DNA of 64,000 nucleotides, taken from the NCBI GenBank assembly GCA_030390025.1, contig CM059425.1, positions 164,178,001-164,242,000 of the forward strand. The letters are read 5' to 3'. The notes beneath the pieces were generated by a model. It did not search any database, was not told the DNA's origin, and saw only the letters and a list, made by a program, of their open reading frames with translations. The DNA comes from Squalus acanthias. Lineage: Eukaryota. The first letter of the stretch is position 1; every line of letters begins with the position of its first letter. This document shows positions 1-12,381 of the stretch, one piece after another. The position numbers and the translations under genes were made by a program.

Positions 1-550
1 GGCAGAGCGATTTGGGGGTAAAGGTTCACAAGACATTAAAGACAGCTCCTCAGGTTGATAAAGCTGTAAAAAAAGCTCCTTCTATTCGAGGTTTTATCAC
101 AAGAGGTAGAGTATAAATGCCTAGAGGGAATAATAAGCCTTTCTAAAACCTTAGTAAGACCTCAGTTAGAGTACTGTATCCAATATTGGGCTCCACACCA
201 TAGAAAGGATATTGGGGCTTACAGCTGGTACAAAGCAGGTTTATTAGAAAGCTGCTTGGTATGGGGAAATATAAATCTGAAGAAAGACTTGAAAAAATTG
301 AGTCTTTTTTCGCTAGAACAATGCAGATTATGGGACAATATGATAGAAGTGTTTAAAATTATGTAAGAATGGGACAGAGCAAATAAAAAAAGTACTGTTT
401 CCAATAGTTGAGAAATCAGGTAGATGAAGGAAAAAGGGGTTGAAGGAATATGATAGCATGGTGGGTAAATGGGATTCGAACTATTTGTGGAAGGTAAACA
501 TAGGCCAAATGGCTTGATTCCATGTTGTAACTTCAATATATTTCTATGTA
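1..550 (+). mobile_element. Degraded CR1 LINE 3' fragment (end of ORF2 plus 3' UTR)
   Basis: ~146-212 reads KTLVRPQLEYCIQYWAPHHRKDI, the CR1 ORF2 C-terminal motif seen in the intact copy at ~43040; ends in a ttctatg-like tail near 541. Confidence 0.8.
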
Positions 551-1724
551 CTAGGAATAAGATGATCACCATACACCCGAATGATATTTATTACACGACT
601 GCTTTATGATATCAATAGTCAGTTGTCTTTGCTCACTGACGTTGTATTATAATCTACCCAGTTACTCGACAGTTGTGTTTATTGACATTTACAGACTGAT
701 CATTTCCTCCTCTCAAGATTAGATAGCAACATTTTATTTTCCTTCTCCAGGGAGATTTTTGTCAGTAACGTGCATACATTTTTTAATGCTGGCAGGTGTT
801 CCTACTGTCTGTTATCTCTTCCAAGAATATATTAATATTTTGATCTGTATTCACACTTTCCATACATTGGTCCAGTTTTTGCAAATTTATTACATCGCAA
901 CGGAATATACTGATGATGCAAGGTTAATTTTTCTGCACTACCTTTTAATGTGCACAAATTCTCATTGAGAAAGTAACAATGGAAAATAAGTCTCTAAAAT
1001 CTTTAATTCCTCGGCTAGAAATGAGGAAAATGGCAATAAAACACAAAGCAAAATGACACCATAAAAGGTAAATGGAGGGACTGTAGATTAGTTTTATTAG
1101 GCAGTGCTAATGTAAAGCAAACATTGCTTGTTACACAGAATTCTCTCACTACCCAATACTCTTCAGTTGTTTCCGGGCATTACCTTTGCCATCTTACCTG
1201 TTTGTGATGCATTTTCAATTTACTTTCCTTTCAAATAGAAAACTCACCCTATTAGTATCTAGCTGAAATGTATGCAAACATGCACTTACAGCAAAACATG
1301 CAATTGAGTATAAGTGCATTGTGTGGATTAGATTCATTTTTCGTACACTATGTGCAAACAGGAAGCAGTTGGAAGAGAAGCTTTAATCTTTTATCCTAGC
1401 AACCAATCTGCAATTGTTTACTGAGATCTTTGGCTCATTCAGCCAGGACAGTGGAAAGTGCATCAAAAGGGTATTAAAAAGACACTGGCAAACATCAGGA
1501 ATTAGATGATCAGGAGAGAAAAGCACTTCATGGTACACTGATAGCCAGTGGTTGAAGATCAACCTCAATGTAAACCATTAAACTGCAATATAAAGGCATT
1601 GTTCCCGTAGACATTAATATAATGAGGAAAAAAACAGACATGGCCACTGAGGATACAGAGCTCCTGACATCAACTATTGCCACCTGCAGGTTGCTGTTAA
1701 TAATTAGAAAGATTTATACTTTTC

Positions 1725-2020
1725 ATAGGAACATAGGAATTGGTAGACGAAAAAAGGTCAAGGACCACCTAGTTCACCTTCTACTATCCTGGTAGTCGTA
1801 TGATACAACATAGCAATCAATCTCTATCAATTAGTCTACAACAGACTCAGACATGACACGAGGTAAACCCAAGTGGTGGAGAGCTTTTGGAACCATAGGT
1901 CAAAAGTCACCTATTTCTCCCAAGCATGCTACACTCACCATATGTTATGTCCCAAATTACTCATTACTGAATCCCCAAATGTTACTTTATGAAAGAAATC
2001 TATCTAATTTCTATTTGAAT
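1725..2020 (-). mobile_element. 3' UTR fragment of a CR1 subfamily with a long 3' UTR
   Basis: cataggaa-cataggaa tail; reverse-complement similarity to 7300-7525 (+) and similarity to 16005-16085. Confidence 0.6.
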
Positions 2021-2034
2021 GTCATAGAGTCATA

Positions 2035-2667
2035 GGGGGAAAAATTTGGTTGCTTTGCACCTCCTGTTAGCGCCCTAAGAAGGCGCTAGCGGGGCGCAAA
2101 GCAACTAGCGCCCGGGCGTGGTCGCCGCCTACGCCTCCTGTGAAATTCAGCGGGAGGTTAGCGGCGGCGATAACCGGTAGCGCCCCGCGGCGCTGCGCCG
2201 CTGCCGATGACGTCATCGCCGTGCACAGTGCCCCGCTCGCGCCCCGACCGCGATCTTCGGGAGCGCCCCCTGACTTACCACCAGATGCTATGTCTGACGG
2301 GGTCAGGGGGGCCTACCTGCGGCTGGGGAGGCACTATTTAAAGTTGAGGTGCGGGGCGGCCATTTTTGTTGCTGGCCGCCTGCCAGCACCTGCCTCCGCT
2401 CCCGTCCCCGGCCTCCTTACCCGCCCCCCCCCCGCGGAGTGCCGGCTGCGCTCCATGAGCCCGGCACTTCTCTTGAGTGCCGGGCTCTTTTGCCGGCACT
2501 CCCGATCCCCGGGGGCCCAGAAGGGGAGGAAGGCCTGCACGTAGCGCCGCGATATTCCCTCGCAGCGCCCCAAGAGGGAGGCGGGGCGCTTCCAGTAGCG
2601 CCCCGCTTCCCTCTTGGGGTGCTACCACTCAATTTCCGTCACAGGGGCGCTACTCAATTTTTAGCCC
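2035..2667. mobile_element. GC-rich Harbinger-type MITE, family A
   Basis: Ends GGGGGAAAAATTTG / CAATTTTTAGCCC, ATA duplication on both sides, inserted in the (atagagtc)n tail of a CR1; homologous to 57683-58400 and 49496-50135. Confidence 0.85.
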
Positions 2668-2820
2668 ATAGAGTCATAACGGCACAACAGGAGGCCATTT
2701 GGCCCATCGAGTCCGTGCCGGCTCTCTGTGGAGCGATCCAGTCAGTCCCATTCCCCTGCTCTATCCCCGTAGCCCTGCAAGTTTATTTCCCTCAAGTGCC
2801 TATCCAGTTTCCCCTTGAAA
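2668..2820 (-). mobile_element. CR1 LINE 3' terminus
   Basis: atagagtc tail followed by ggaggccatttggcccatcgagtc...ccccgtagccctg, the reverse complement of a CR1 3' end (compare 15131-15250). Confidence 0.75.
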
Positions 2821-2827
2821 ACATTGA

Positions 2828-3536
2828 GGGCTGGATTTTCATTGACCCGTGGAGGTGGGTTTGGAGGCGTGGAGGCGGGGGCGGGGGGTTAAAATTGCGA
2901 AAACTGGCGGGTGGGCACAAGCCCGCCTCCATGCAATTTTCATTAAATCATGTCTGCTGGTCCCGACTCCAAGAGGCGGGATAGGCTGTTAAGGCCCTTA
3001 ACAAGCACTAAATTACCTCTATAATGCCATTTTGAATGGCCTTTGTGATTTTAACCCTTTTTCTACGTGAAGCACGCCTGTTCTGAACCACGAATGTGAA
3101 ACCTGGCGGGAGCACATTTGGATAGCTGACTATCAGCTGCAGGTCGGAGGAGGAGGAGGAGAAGGAGGAGGGGGGGGAGGGGGAGGAGGAGGAGGAGGAG
3201 GAGGAAGAGACGATGACATATCTGGGAGTGGTGGTGGTGGTGCAAAAATATCTGGGAGCAGACTTAGGGCTGCTGCTGCTCATTTTGCATCCAGGTCCTC
3301 TCACAGCAAAGGCCAGGCAGTCTTTGCAGACCTTCAATGCAGCAGCAATGATGACATCATCAGAGGCGACTTTCAGACTGAAAACACTAATTGGTTCATG
3401 GGTTCCCACATGCTGGAACTCAATTGCCCAATTAGGTGAAAATCACATCAATCTCCCACATCCAATTGCAGTCGGGTGGATAACACGAAAAGTGGATGAC
3501 ATGACCCCAACCCGCCCCAGTATCAAAATCCAGCCC
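2828..3536. mobile_element. Harbinger-type MITE, family B, with internal (GGA)n
   Basis: TIR GGGCTGGATTTT / AAAATCCAGCCC, TSD TGA (2825-2827, 3537-3539); inverted homolog at 26349-27218. Confidence 0.85.
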
Positions 3537-3598
3537 TGAGTGTCTCCACTTCCACCACTCCCGAGGGAGCCTGTTCCATAGATTAACCACTCGCTCAC

Positions 3599-4296
3599 TG
3601 TTAGAATTTGCTTTGTGTCAGGTGTCCCATCAAAGTTAATCAGTAACATTTTGGGGTCATTGTCCAATTCGGATATGCTAATATTGGAGATTAATCAAGA
3701 CAATGGGGTAGCAGGAACAAGCAGACAGGTCGGCAACATCCCATATGAGGCGCTAATATAAGATTGGCCAGAACAATGGAGGCACTGAAGCTAACACATA
3801 GCAAGATCACATTAACTATCTGGGATTGTCCAGGTCATCTCCTGTTCATTTGTAATGTCAGGCAGGAAACATTAGTTTAAATTGATTAGCGGTTAAACCA
3901 TCAAGATGGCCATTATGTCAAGGTCTGGAGGTTTGGTGAGAAGGAACCTCGCTTCAATATACATTCTGGGCATCATGTGATATGACTCACATTAAAGGAG
4001 AAGATCCTTTAAGGATGTATGGAAGGTCTTTGGATATGTGACAAATGAGTAAAAGAGAGAAAGATAAGATCGGGTAGCAGCCTTCTTGTAGTTAGAGCTC
4101 ACGGAACTGTCCAACACCTACGGAAGCCATGCTGGATCACCTTGGGTCTGCAGGAAACCAGGTTGTGTGAGTCTATTGTATAATCATAATGGTTATTATA
4201 CTATTGGTGTCTGAGTAATAAACTTGCATTTGGACTATAAGCTCGAGCCTGAACCACGAGGAATCATTTAGTTGAGTTTAAAGAGATTTCCTTACA
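3599..4296 (+). mobile_element. Solo LTR (698 bp)
   Basis: TGTTAGAA...TTCCTTACA termini, 5-bp TSD CTCAC (3594-3598, 4297-4301), AATAAA at 4217-4222; interrupts a minus-strand CR1 fragment (3540-3598 / 4297-4445). Confidence 0.75.
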
Positions 4297-4448
4297 CTCA
4301 CTGAAATATTGTTTCCGCAGATTAGTTTTGAATTTACCCACCTTCAAACGCAGGCTGTGTTCTCTGGTTCTACTGTTCCAGAAAAGGTGAAATAACTTGT
4401 CATAGTTACATCATCTAGTTCCTCTGGAATCTTAAAAACAGCAATCAT

Positions 4449-4625
4449 GGCCCAGATTTTGCAATAAAAGTAACAGCGAGGCTATCAGCGCTCACTATTA
4501 TTAAAGAGTAAATCGGACAGCAACTTCCAGCAACCGCTCATGCGCAGTTAAACACAGGAATCAGGAAGTTGCTGTCCGAGTTGCTCCGCTCCTCCAGAAA
4601 CTTTGCTGTAACAGTAACTCACCGA
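4449..4625. mobile_element. One end of a Harbinger-type MITE, family C
   Basis: Starts GGCCCAGATTTTGC; similar to the reverse complement of 30690-30846 and 13780-13949. Confidence 0.65.
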
Positions 4626-5044
4626 TGGTTCAGATAAATATTACTTTATTCAACTATAATACTTCCATGAAAATGATAACAATATGAAAATAAAATAAAT
4701 AACATTTCCTGTTTATATAGTATTTGTTGTACATGGACAGATTGTAGAACCCAGTTCTTTCCTAACCAGTCTTGAAGTCATATGTTTTATTTGTAAGTGC
4801 AATGCCCAGCTGGAATATCAATGCTACAGTTAAAAGAACTGCAATATAACTTTCAAATTTTAGGTTGGGCAAGTATTCTGATGAAGCATTGTTATATTAT
4901 ATTAAATATAGCCCAACAATACAAAATATGGAGGTAATTAAAAACAAAAGAGGTAATGAATGATGCAACCACTATTATCTTAAAGGGGCATTCAATAGCT
5001 TCTAATTATATTGTTAGTGAACTGTCTCAGATTGAGCTATTCAA

Positions 5045-5440
5045 CAAAAACAGCTTCCACTTACATATAACTTTTAATGCAGTGAAAATGTCCCAATACA
5101 CTTCAGAATGTTGGTGTCAAACTTTAGCAGGTTTAGGGAAAAAGGTTAAGGGAGATGATCAAAGGCAAGGCAAAAGAAGAAAGCAATTGAAGATGGGGAG
5201 ACATGCAGAAAGGTGGAGGGGTTTGGGAAGAGAATTGCAGAGTGGGCATGAGATGGCTGATGATTCGGCCAACATTGGTAGACCACAGGGAAGAGAGTCA
5301 TACAGTCTCCCAGAGTTGGAAGAGCAGAAGGTGTGAGCGGGGATGTAAAGCTGGAGAAGGTTGCAGAAGTAAGTTGGAGTAAAGCCATGGAGGGATTTGT
5401 AAATTAGGATGACGATTTTGAAATCAATGCACTAGCTGGA
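5045..5440 (-). mobile_element. Old L2-like LINE 3' fragment
   Basis: Degenerate purine-rich segment; its terminal part resembles the tail of the tRNA SINEs in this window (compare 19455-19520). Confidence 0.45.
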
Positions 5441-5509
5441 AGGAATCAAGGACATGGGAGGTGGATATTCAAAGAATAATATGCATAGGAGGCTGTGAGG
5501 GAAGTACTG

Positions 5510-6082
5510 AAGTACCTGGAGTACTGCGTACAGTTTTGGTCTCCTTATTTTGGGAAGGATATACTTGCATTGGAGGCAGTTCAGAGAAGGTTCACGAAGT
5601 TGATTCCGGAGATGAAGGGGTTGTTTTATGAAGAAAGGTTGAGCAGGTTGGGCCTATACTCATTGGAGTTTAGAAGAATGAGAGGGGATCTTATTGAAAC
5701 ATATAAGATTCTGAAGGGGCTTGATAGGGTAGATGCAGAGAGGATGTTTCCCCTTGTGGGGGAATCTAGAACTAGGGGGCATAATTTCAGAATAAGGGGG
5801 CACCCTTTTAAATCAGAAATGAGGAGGAATTTCTTCTCTCAGAGGGTCGTGAATCTTTAGAATTCTCTTCCCCAGAGAGCTGTGGAGGCTGGGTCATTGA
5901 ATATATTTAAGGTGGAGATAGATAGATTTTTGAACGATATGGGAGTCCAGGGTTATGGGGAGCGGGCAGGGAAGTGGAGTTGAGGCCATGATCAGATCAG
6001 CCATGATCTTATTGAATGGCGGAGCAGGCTCAAGGGGCCAAATGACCTCCTCCTGCTCCTACGTCTTATGTTCTTATATGTT
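5510..6082 (+). mobile_element. 5'-truncated CR1 LINE
   Basis: ORF 5495-5860 LEYCVQFWSPY...QRRFTKLIP...RNFFSQRVVNL; CR1 3' stem-loop region and (ttcttatg)n tail. Confidence 0.92.
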
Positions 6083-6989
6083 CTTATATCTATTTAGGTG
6101 ACATATGGGAGAAGGATGGGTCCATGGACCATGCTTTGGTCTCTGTGATGATACAGTTGCTTCTGCCATTGTAGGTGGGCTCTCCGGCCTCTGAGGCCTC
6201 AGAGGCCTGTCACAGCATAGGGGTGTCGGCAGCCTCCGAGCTGCTGGTAAAATAAGCAAATTAAAAAAAACATTTGCCTACCTCCTCAGGCTTGCGCAAT
6301 CATTCGCTCTGCACAGGCGTTGCCACTGATAAGAATTGAAAGGGCCCTGTCAGCTGCCGTAGCAACACTGGATGCCAGTGTTACTATGGCAGCAAACAGG
6401 GACCTTTCAATAGGTGTCCCTTGCATTTAGTATTGCAAAGGTGCAAATTACAGGAAATATTTTGAAGAATGTATTTCCTTTCTTTGCACATGTTTGCAAA
6501 ATGCCCACCCCCTATATTATGACAATAAGCAGAAAGATCGATTGCAGTAGGGAAACCGGCAAGTTCAAAATCAGGCCAGTTTCTTTAATTTTTATAAATC
6601 TTCAGCCACACCATAGGCGCACTTATATTGCAGCAAGGTATCGCAACAAGTTTCCTTCCCACCATCTGAGGTGGGCGTTGCTACCTGCTCAACATGCTTA
6701 AATGTGCCAACTCTGGGAAGTGGAACAGTGTCATGGACACAATAAATTGGTGTGCAGAAGTCCCGCCCTGTCATACGTATGGCAGTAAAGTGGCACCAGA
6801 GGAAACCCAGCACCTATATAAATGCCATTTTTAACCACCAATAGTGATTGGAGAAAAACAATGATTTGGAGAGGCAATCCAACTCAGACAGATTCACCTT
6901 CCTAGTGCAAGCAACCAAGTGGCAAAAATTAGGGAGCAAGTGTCAGTTAAAAATATAGATATGTCAATACTAGGTGTCAGAATGGTAAC

Positions 6990-7525
6990 AGAATCATAAA
7001 ATGTACAAGGCAGAAAGGGGCCATACATGTCAATGTTTTCTCCTAGTGCAGTCTTGCTTTCCTGCTCTCCTGCTCCCTTCCATAGTTTTTAAATATTCCT
7101 CTTTTTCAAACAACTATCTAATCACGTATTAAAAGAATATATGGACTTTGCTTCAACATGTTTGTGACAGAGAATTCCACATTTTAACCATCCTCTGCGT
7201 AAAGCCGTTTGAATTTGGGCTCCCTCATTACCATCTTGCTGACCAACGGAAACAGTATCACTATTTCACTTATAATATCAGGTTCCCCCTTAATCTTCTC
7301 ACAGTGGAAGCAGATATTGTTCATTCATTCAAATGCAAATTAGATAGATTTCTTTCAGAAAATAATACTTTGGGATACAGTAATAAGTAATTTGAGACAT
7401 GACATATGGTAAGTGTAGCATGCTTGGGAGGAACTGGTGACTTTGGACCTATGGTTCCCAAAGCTATCCATCACTTCCTCACCTTATGTCTGGGTCTGTT
7501 GTAGACTAATTGATAGAGACTAATT
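6990..7525. mobile_element. Two adjacent CR1 3' fragments in opposite orientation
   Basis: 6990-7300 minus-strand CR1 tail remnant; 7300-7525 plus strand (VEADIVHSFKCKLDRFL) with the long 3' UTR of 1725-2020. Confidence 0.55.
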
Positions 7526-7620
7526 GTCACTTCTCCAGTCTGAAAAACTTGCTTTTTTTCTTCCCTTTGCATCTGCCCTCCAAACCAGCTCTCAACAATG
7601 TTTGGCAGTGAAATGTTTAC

Positions 7621-8357
7621 GGCCTGGAGTTTCCGCGCGATTGCGCTAGTTTTTACGGAGCAATTCGCTCGATATCAGCGTCACCAGCGCAAAAGCTCGT
7701 GGAATTTTAAGCACAAATTGCATTCAGCGCAAATCGAGTTTCAGTGATCTTTTGCGCAAGTTTTAAAAACATCTCGCTAGAATCAGGCCCCGCCACAACA
7801 CTTGTCACGCCCCCAGGGTGAATTAATCACCATTGGAAGTTTCCGCTAACTGCACTCGTTTTGCAGGCCTTCGAGGAGGCTCCAAAAGGTTGGCTGGATT
7901 TTTTGGGTGCGAGGTCACTAATAGGTACGTTTTGAAAGGTTTTGAATACTTTTTTAAAATTTACTAAGAAACTGACTACTAACTAGAAAATAGTTTTGTA
8001 TATTTTCTAAAAGTCATTTTCAGTAAAATCGGGTTACTCACAAGTGGTGGATTGACACTGTGATTTAAAATGCTTATTTTTTGTGATAAACCCATTTTCA
8101 GCTGTATTAATCAAACTTTACCCAAGTTACCACTTTTAAATATACCAAGGAATATTTATTAAAGCAAATTTTTTTTAAATTACATTTTGAAACACTGCCC
8201 GATTGCGCTGGTTCATGGCAGATTTTGTGTTGGGAAATATGCAAATGAATTTGAGCAGAAACTCGGGGGGGGGGGAAACACTTTGCAAAACGGGCGCAAT
8301 TTTGGGCGCAATTTGTGCTGGAATCTCCGCATGCGCCAAAAGTGGAAATTCTACCCC
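7621..8357. mobile_element. Harbinger-type MITE, family D
   Basis: Imperfect TIR GGCCTGGAGTTTCC / GGAAATTCTACCCC; flanks TAC / AAC; repeated GCGCAA motifs near both ends. Confidence 0.65.
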
Positions 8358-8470
8358 AACATGTTTAGATTGTTCTTTCCTTTAGAAATATTTAATCTGA
8401 ATTCCCACTATAAACATTGACATAGGCTTTTTCCACTGTGACATGTTGACATATGAGTTTTCATTCTAAA

Positions 8471-8838
8471 GTCAGTGCCAGTCTTGGCTCAGTGGTAGGA
8501 ATCTTGCCTCTGAATCAGAAGGTTATGGGTTCAAGCCCATCTCCAAGAGACTTGGGCACACAATCTAAGCTGACACTTCAGTGCAATACTAAGGGAGTGT
8601 CACACTGTTGTGGATGCAATCTTTTGGATGAGATGTCTGCCCTCTGAGGTAGATGTGCAAGATCCTGTGACACTATTCAAGGACGAGTAGGGGAGTTCTC
8701 TTCGTGTTCTGGCCAATATTCATCCCTCAACCAACATAATTACAACAGAACATTTGGTCATTTATCTCATTGCAAATTGTGGGACCTTGCTGTGTACAAT
8801 TGGCTGCTGTGTTTCCCTACATTACAACAGTGACTACA
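8471..8838 (+). mobile_element. tRNA-derived SINE (DeuSINE/SacSINE1-like)
   Basis: A box TGGCTCAGTGG, B box GGTTCAAGCCC; central domain shared with 32852-33295, 19455-19822 and 45826-45954. Confidence 0.8.
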
Positions 8839-9161
8839 GAGTCGATTTTTTCTGGATTCATCTTTATTCTAAATTCATTGGGGGTGAAATTCGATTAAGT
8901 TCAAAAATGGGCGCAGGGAGTGTGAAGTGCGATCTGCCCACGGCTGTTGAAAGTGGTGCAAGCAGCACGTAAAATTCATGCTGCCTACTCATTACAATGA
9001 TTGGAGTGCCGATCTCAGCACTAAACGCGCTGCTGGTTGGCTTAGCGCTCAACAGGGGGGCCAATATCGGGTGCAGTCTACTGGCCAATAAAATTTTGCC
9101 TAAGCTCTCTGCAGTACTTAAAGTGTTGCAGAATCACCTCATTGTCACTCTGGATGAAGCC

Positions 9162-11087
9162 ATGGCTCAACAGGGAAGAGAGAGGGCACAGATGTTCTCA
9201 GATGCAGCACGGGAGGCCTTGGTCCTAGGGGGTTCACAGAAGACGACAGGTCCTCTACCCACAAGAGGGCAGGAGGCCTTCCAGGCAGCACGCCAGAAGG
9301 CAGTGGGAGGAGATAGCACAAGCCATCAGTGCCTCGTGTGTTGCCCCCAGGACCTGGATCCAGTGCAGCAAGAAGTTTAATGACCTCACACGAGTGGTCA
9401 AGGTGAGTGAATGCATCTTCAAATGCCATATCCCACCAACTGCACCACTAGCCTCACACACTGCTCAATGCACCACACCCCATCACTCACCTACCAACAA
9501 TCTCTAGCAATTACGACTCATACCTCACAATCATAGCTTGACCTCACCCTCACACACTTACCACTGCTGCAAGCTTCACACCCACATCTCACACCTTGCA
9601 CACACTGTCAACTATTCAACCACGACAAACACATCACCCAAACACACTCCATCACACTCACTGACACACTTCCCTTTCTCTTGCAGGACAAGGTGGCTCA
9701 CAACAGATGTGAGCAGCAGCAGACAGGCTGAGGGGAAGCCCATCTTCAGAATCTCACTGAGCTGGAGGAGACTGTGCTGGAGATCATTGAAGGGGCCATC
9801 ACTGAGGTCGTGGCGAGCAGTGAGGTTGAAAGCATTGCTGAAGATGGTATGCTCACACCTAGTCCTTCTTCTCACATCCCACTTCCCCCCTCATCCCACA
9901 ATCTCTTCTCACTTACAAGGTCTAAGCATGCACATCTTGCTTTCCCCTCCTCCCCTCACCACAACCCGACCCTTGTGCCTTTCTCCTTTCAGATAACCAA
10001 GAACTGCCACCAGCCCAGCCTGTCCCTGATGTTGTGGAGGAGGAGAGTGAAGGAGAAGAAGAGGCATCGTCACTCGATCTGACACTCCCAGGCACCAGCT
10101 CAGAAAATGGTACTGCGCGTTCTTTAGAGGGTAGTATAGAGGCGGGATCTGCACGTGGTGAATCACCAGGCATGAGTGGGCTGCAGCCAGGCTGGGGGAA
10201 AGGGTAGCTCAAGTGCCAGCTCCCAGAGGGTGAGTTCGTGCATGAGTTCTGCAGCTCAGGACTCAGATGATGACTTTGATGGGGCAGTCTTCAGAAGAAG
10301 GGTGATGGGCATGCACACACAAATGCTTGGTGCAATGGCAGGCCTGCCGGAGAGCCTCTTGTCAGTGTCAAGGAGCATAAGAATGTTATGGAGGAGTCCG
10401 GCTCCAACATTACACAGGGCTTTATGTGGAGCTTGGAGCCCATGATTTCCAGGATGGAAATGATGGGCAACACCATTAAGACACTTGTGGACCCAACCAT
10501 GATGCTGAGTGTGATGGGCGATGTCACAGCTGCCATTGCAGCACAGGCGGAAGCAACCCATCATCTGAGTGCTGCAGTGGAAGCTGACTGCTCTCATGCA
10601 GGCTCAGTTTGCTGCCACTTAAGCTCAGACTGATGCCATCATGGCTGGGTTTACAAGCGTTGAAAGGGGCTTGCAGGGTTTCACAGCAGTCCAGCAATCT
10701 GTCCTCCAACAGATGGCTAGAAATGCTGAGGTGCCGCGCCAGGGGATTGGCAATGGTTCTGTGGAGCAAGAACTAGCTGACCTCTCTCAGGATGACAGCA
10801 TTCCTAACCCCACCCCTGCCACTCCACCAGTGCCCTTGCTGCATTCTCTAATCCAGCCAGCCCAGACTGCTGCTGCCCATGCCGAGGTGGTGCAGACTAC
10901 AGACGGGCCTTCTGGGCCCAGAGCTGATCGAGGTCGTCCTGCAAGGCCATCTGTAGTCTCCCCCACTGAAAGTCAGCAGCCTTCCACCAGCCATGCTGCA
11001 GCCACTGGGGTAGCACTGCATAGGAGCACTAGAGTAGGCAAAGGAACACGAAAGACAGACATTAAGGGAATGCACAAGGGTGATTAA
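9162..11087 (+). pseudogene. Harbinger Myb/SANT-like DNA-binding gene, 3 exons (9162-9402, 9687-9846, 9993-11087), disrupted
   Basis: MAQQGRERAQMFSDAAREAL...WIQCSKKFNDLTRVVK|GTGAGT; ttgcag|DKVAHNRCEQQQTG*G..LTELEETVLEII|GTATGC; tttcag|exon 3 ending GMHKGD*; the same splice sites occur in copies 2 and 3. Confidence 0.8.
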
Positions 11088-11256
11088 TTGACATTTTTGC
11101 GTAGTTTTGCATTGATTAATTTATTAATGATGTTTGGAATGTTTGTTTTGTGGTGGCTCTCATTTCAGCTTTGTGCCCAAGAGGACACTGTGATGGTCCG
11201 TGACAGAGGGATGATGAGGTGGGGAAATGGTGAGCAACGGGGATCTGGGGTTTCAT

Positions 11257-12381
11257 TCAGCAGAACTGGATTCTGATGAGGCGCTCACGGACAGCCCATC
11301 CGGACAGGGGATCTGCTGCCTGCCTCCTCCTCTTCCACCTCTTCCATCTCGTCTTCCTCCTCTTGAGGTTGTTGCGGAACCTGTGGTGACAAGGGCTGTG
11401 CCCTCATGATGGCCAAGTTGTGAAGGATGCAGCAGACCACCACGAAATGGGACACCCACTCCGGCACGTACTAGAGGACTCCTCTCGAGCGGTCAAGGCA
11501 GCGGAACAATTGCTTTAGCACCCCGATGGTCTGCTCAATGAAGTTCCTCATGGCAGCATGGCTCTCATTATATGAGTGCTGGCCACAAGTGATGGGGCTG
11601 CTGAGGGGAGTCATCAGCCAGGTGTAGAACAGATAGCCCTTGTTGCCAAGCAGCCACCCTCGGGTTCAATGTGGAGGATGGAATATTGCCGGCACACCGG
11701 ACTGATGCAGGATGAAGGCATCAGGATTACTGCCAGGATAGCGGGCATTCACGATCATAATGTGCTGGGCGCGGTTGCATAACAACTGCACATTAAGTGA
11801 GTGATAACCTTTGCGGTTGCGGTACATCTCAGGATTTATATGCGGTGCCTGCAAAGTCACTTGTATGCAGTCGATGGCGCCGTGCACCATGGGGAAGCCC
11901 AATATCCTGGCAAAGCCACATGCTCGCTCCTGTTCAGAGAGAAGCCATGAAGTCCCTTCTCCTGGAGTAGAGAGCCTCTGTCACCTCCCGGATGCAGCGA
12001 TGGATGGTGAACTGGAAAATGTTAGCTATATCGCCGGCTCCAGACTGGAAGGATCCGGTGGCGAAAAAATTGAGGGCCACAGTGACCTTGAAGGCCACTG
12101 GCAGCGCCATTGTCGTCCTTCCCTGAGGCTGCAGGTCTGGCTCCAAGAGGTGGCAGAGTTCACCTCCTTAGTAAAGCAAAGCCTCTTAATACACTGCTCC
12201 TGGTTTATGTGCCAGTAGGAGAAGTGCTCTCGGGAGACCAGAGGTGGGTAAGGCCCCTGCTGAGATCCCTCCTGCCCCTCTTCTCCTCCCTCTGTGAGCA
12301 GCTTGTTCTCTTCTTTGCTGCCTCTGCTCCATCTCCCTGTCATGCACCAGCGTGAGGGGGGCCTGCAAGTAGAGACCCCAT
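11257..12381 (-). pseudogene. HARBI1-like DDE transposase, frameshifted
   Basis: Fragments ALPVAFKVTVALNFFATGSFQ, GFPMVHGAIDC, YRNRKGYHSLNVQLLC, ARYPGS.DAFIL, VVVCCILHN and an acidic tail. Confidence 0.9.

Noticed and set aside
590..970. Possible host exon on either strand (ORF 759-968; minus-strand GSAEKLTLHHQY...)
   Set aside because: No recognisable domain, weak splice context, early stops
2140..2984. Several overlapping GC-rich ORFs (also 49598-50177 and 57693-58037)
   Set aside because: By-products of the high GC content of MITE family A; frames are not preserved between copies
8484..8545. tRNA-like sequences (also 21553, 32855, 45835)
   Set aside because: Heads of SINE/LINE elements, continuous with repeat bodies; not tRNA genes
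11257..12381. Domesticated HARBI1 or NAIF1 gene
   Set aside because: Multiple disrupted copies inside TIR/TSD-bounded elements
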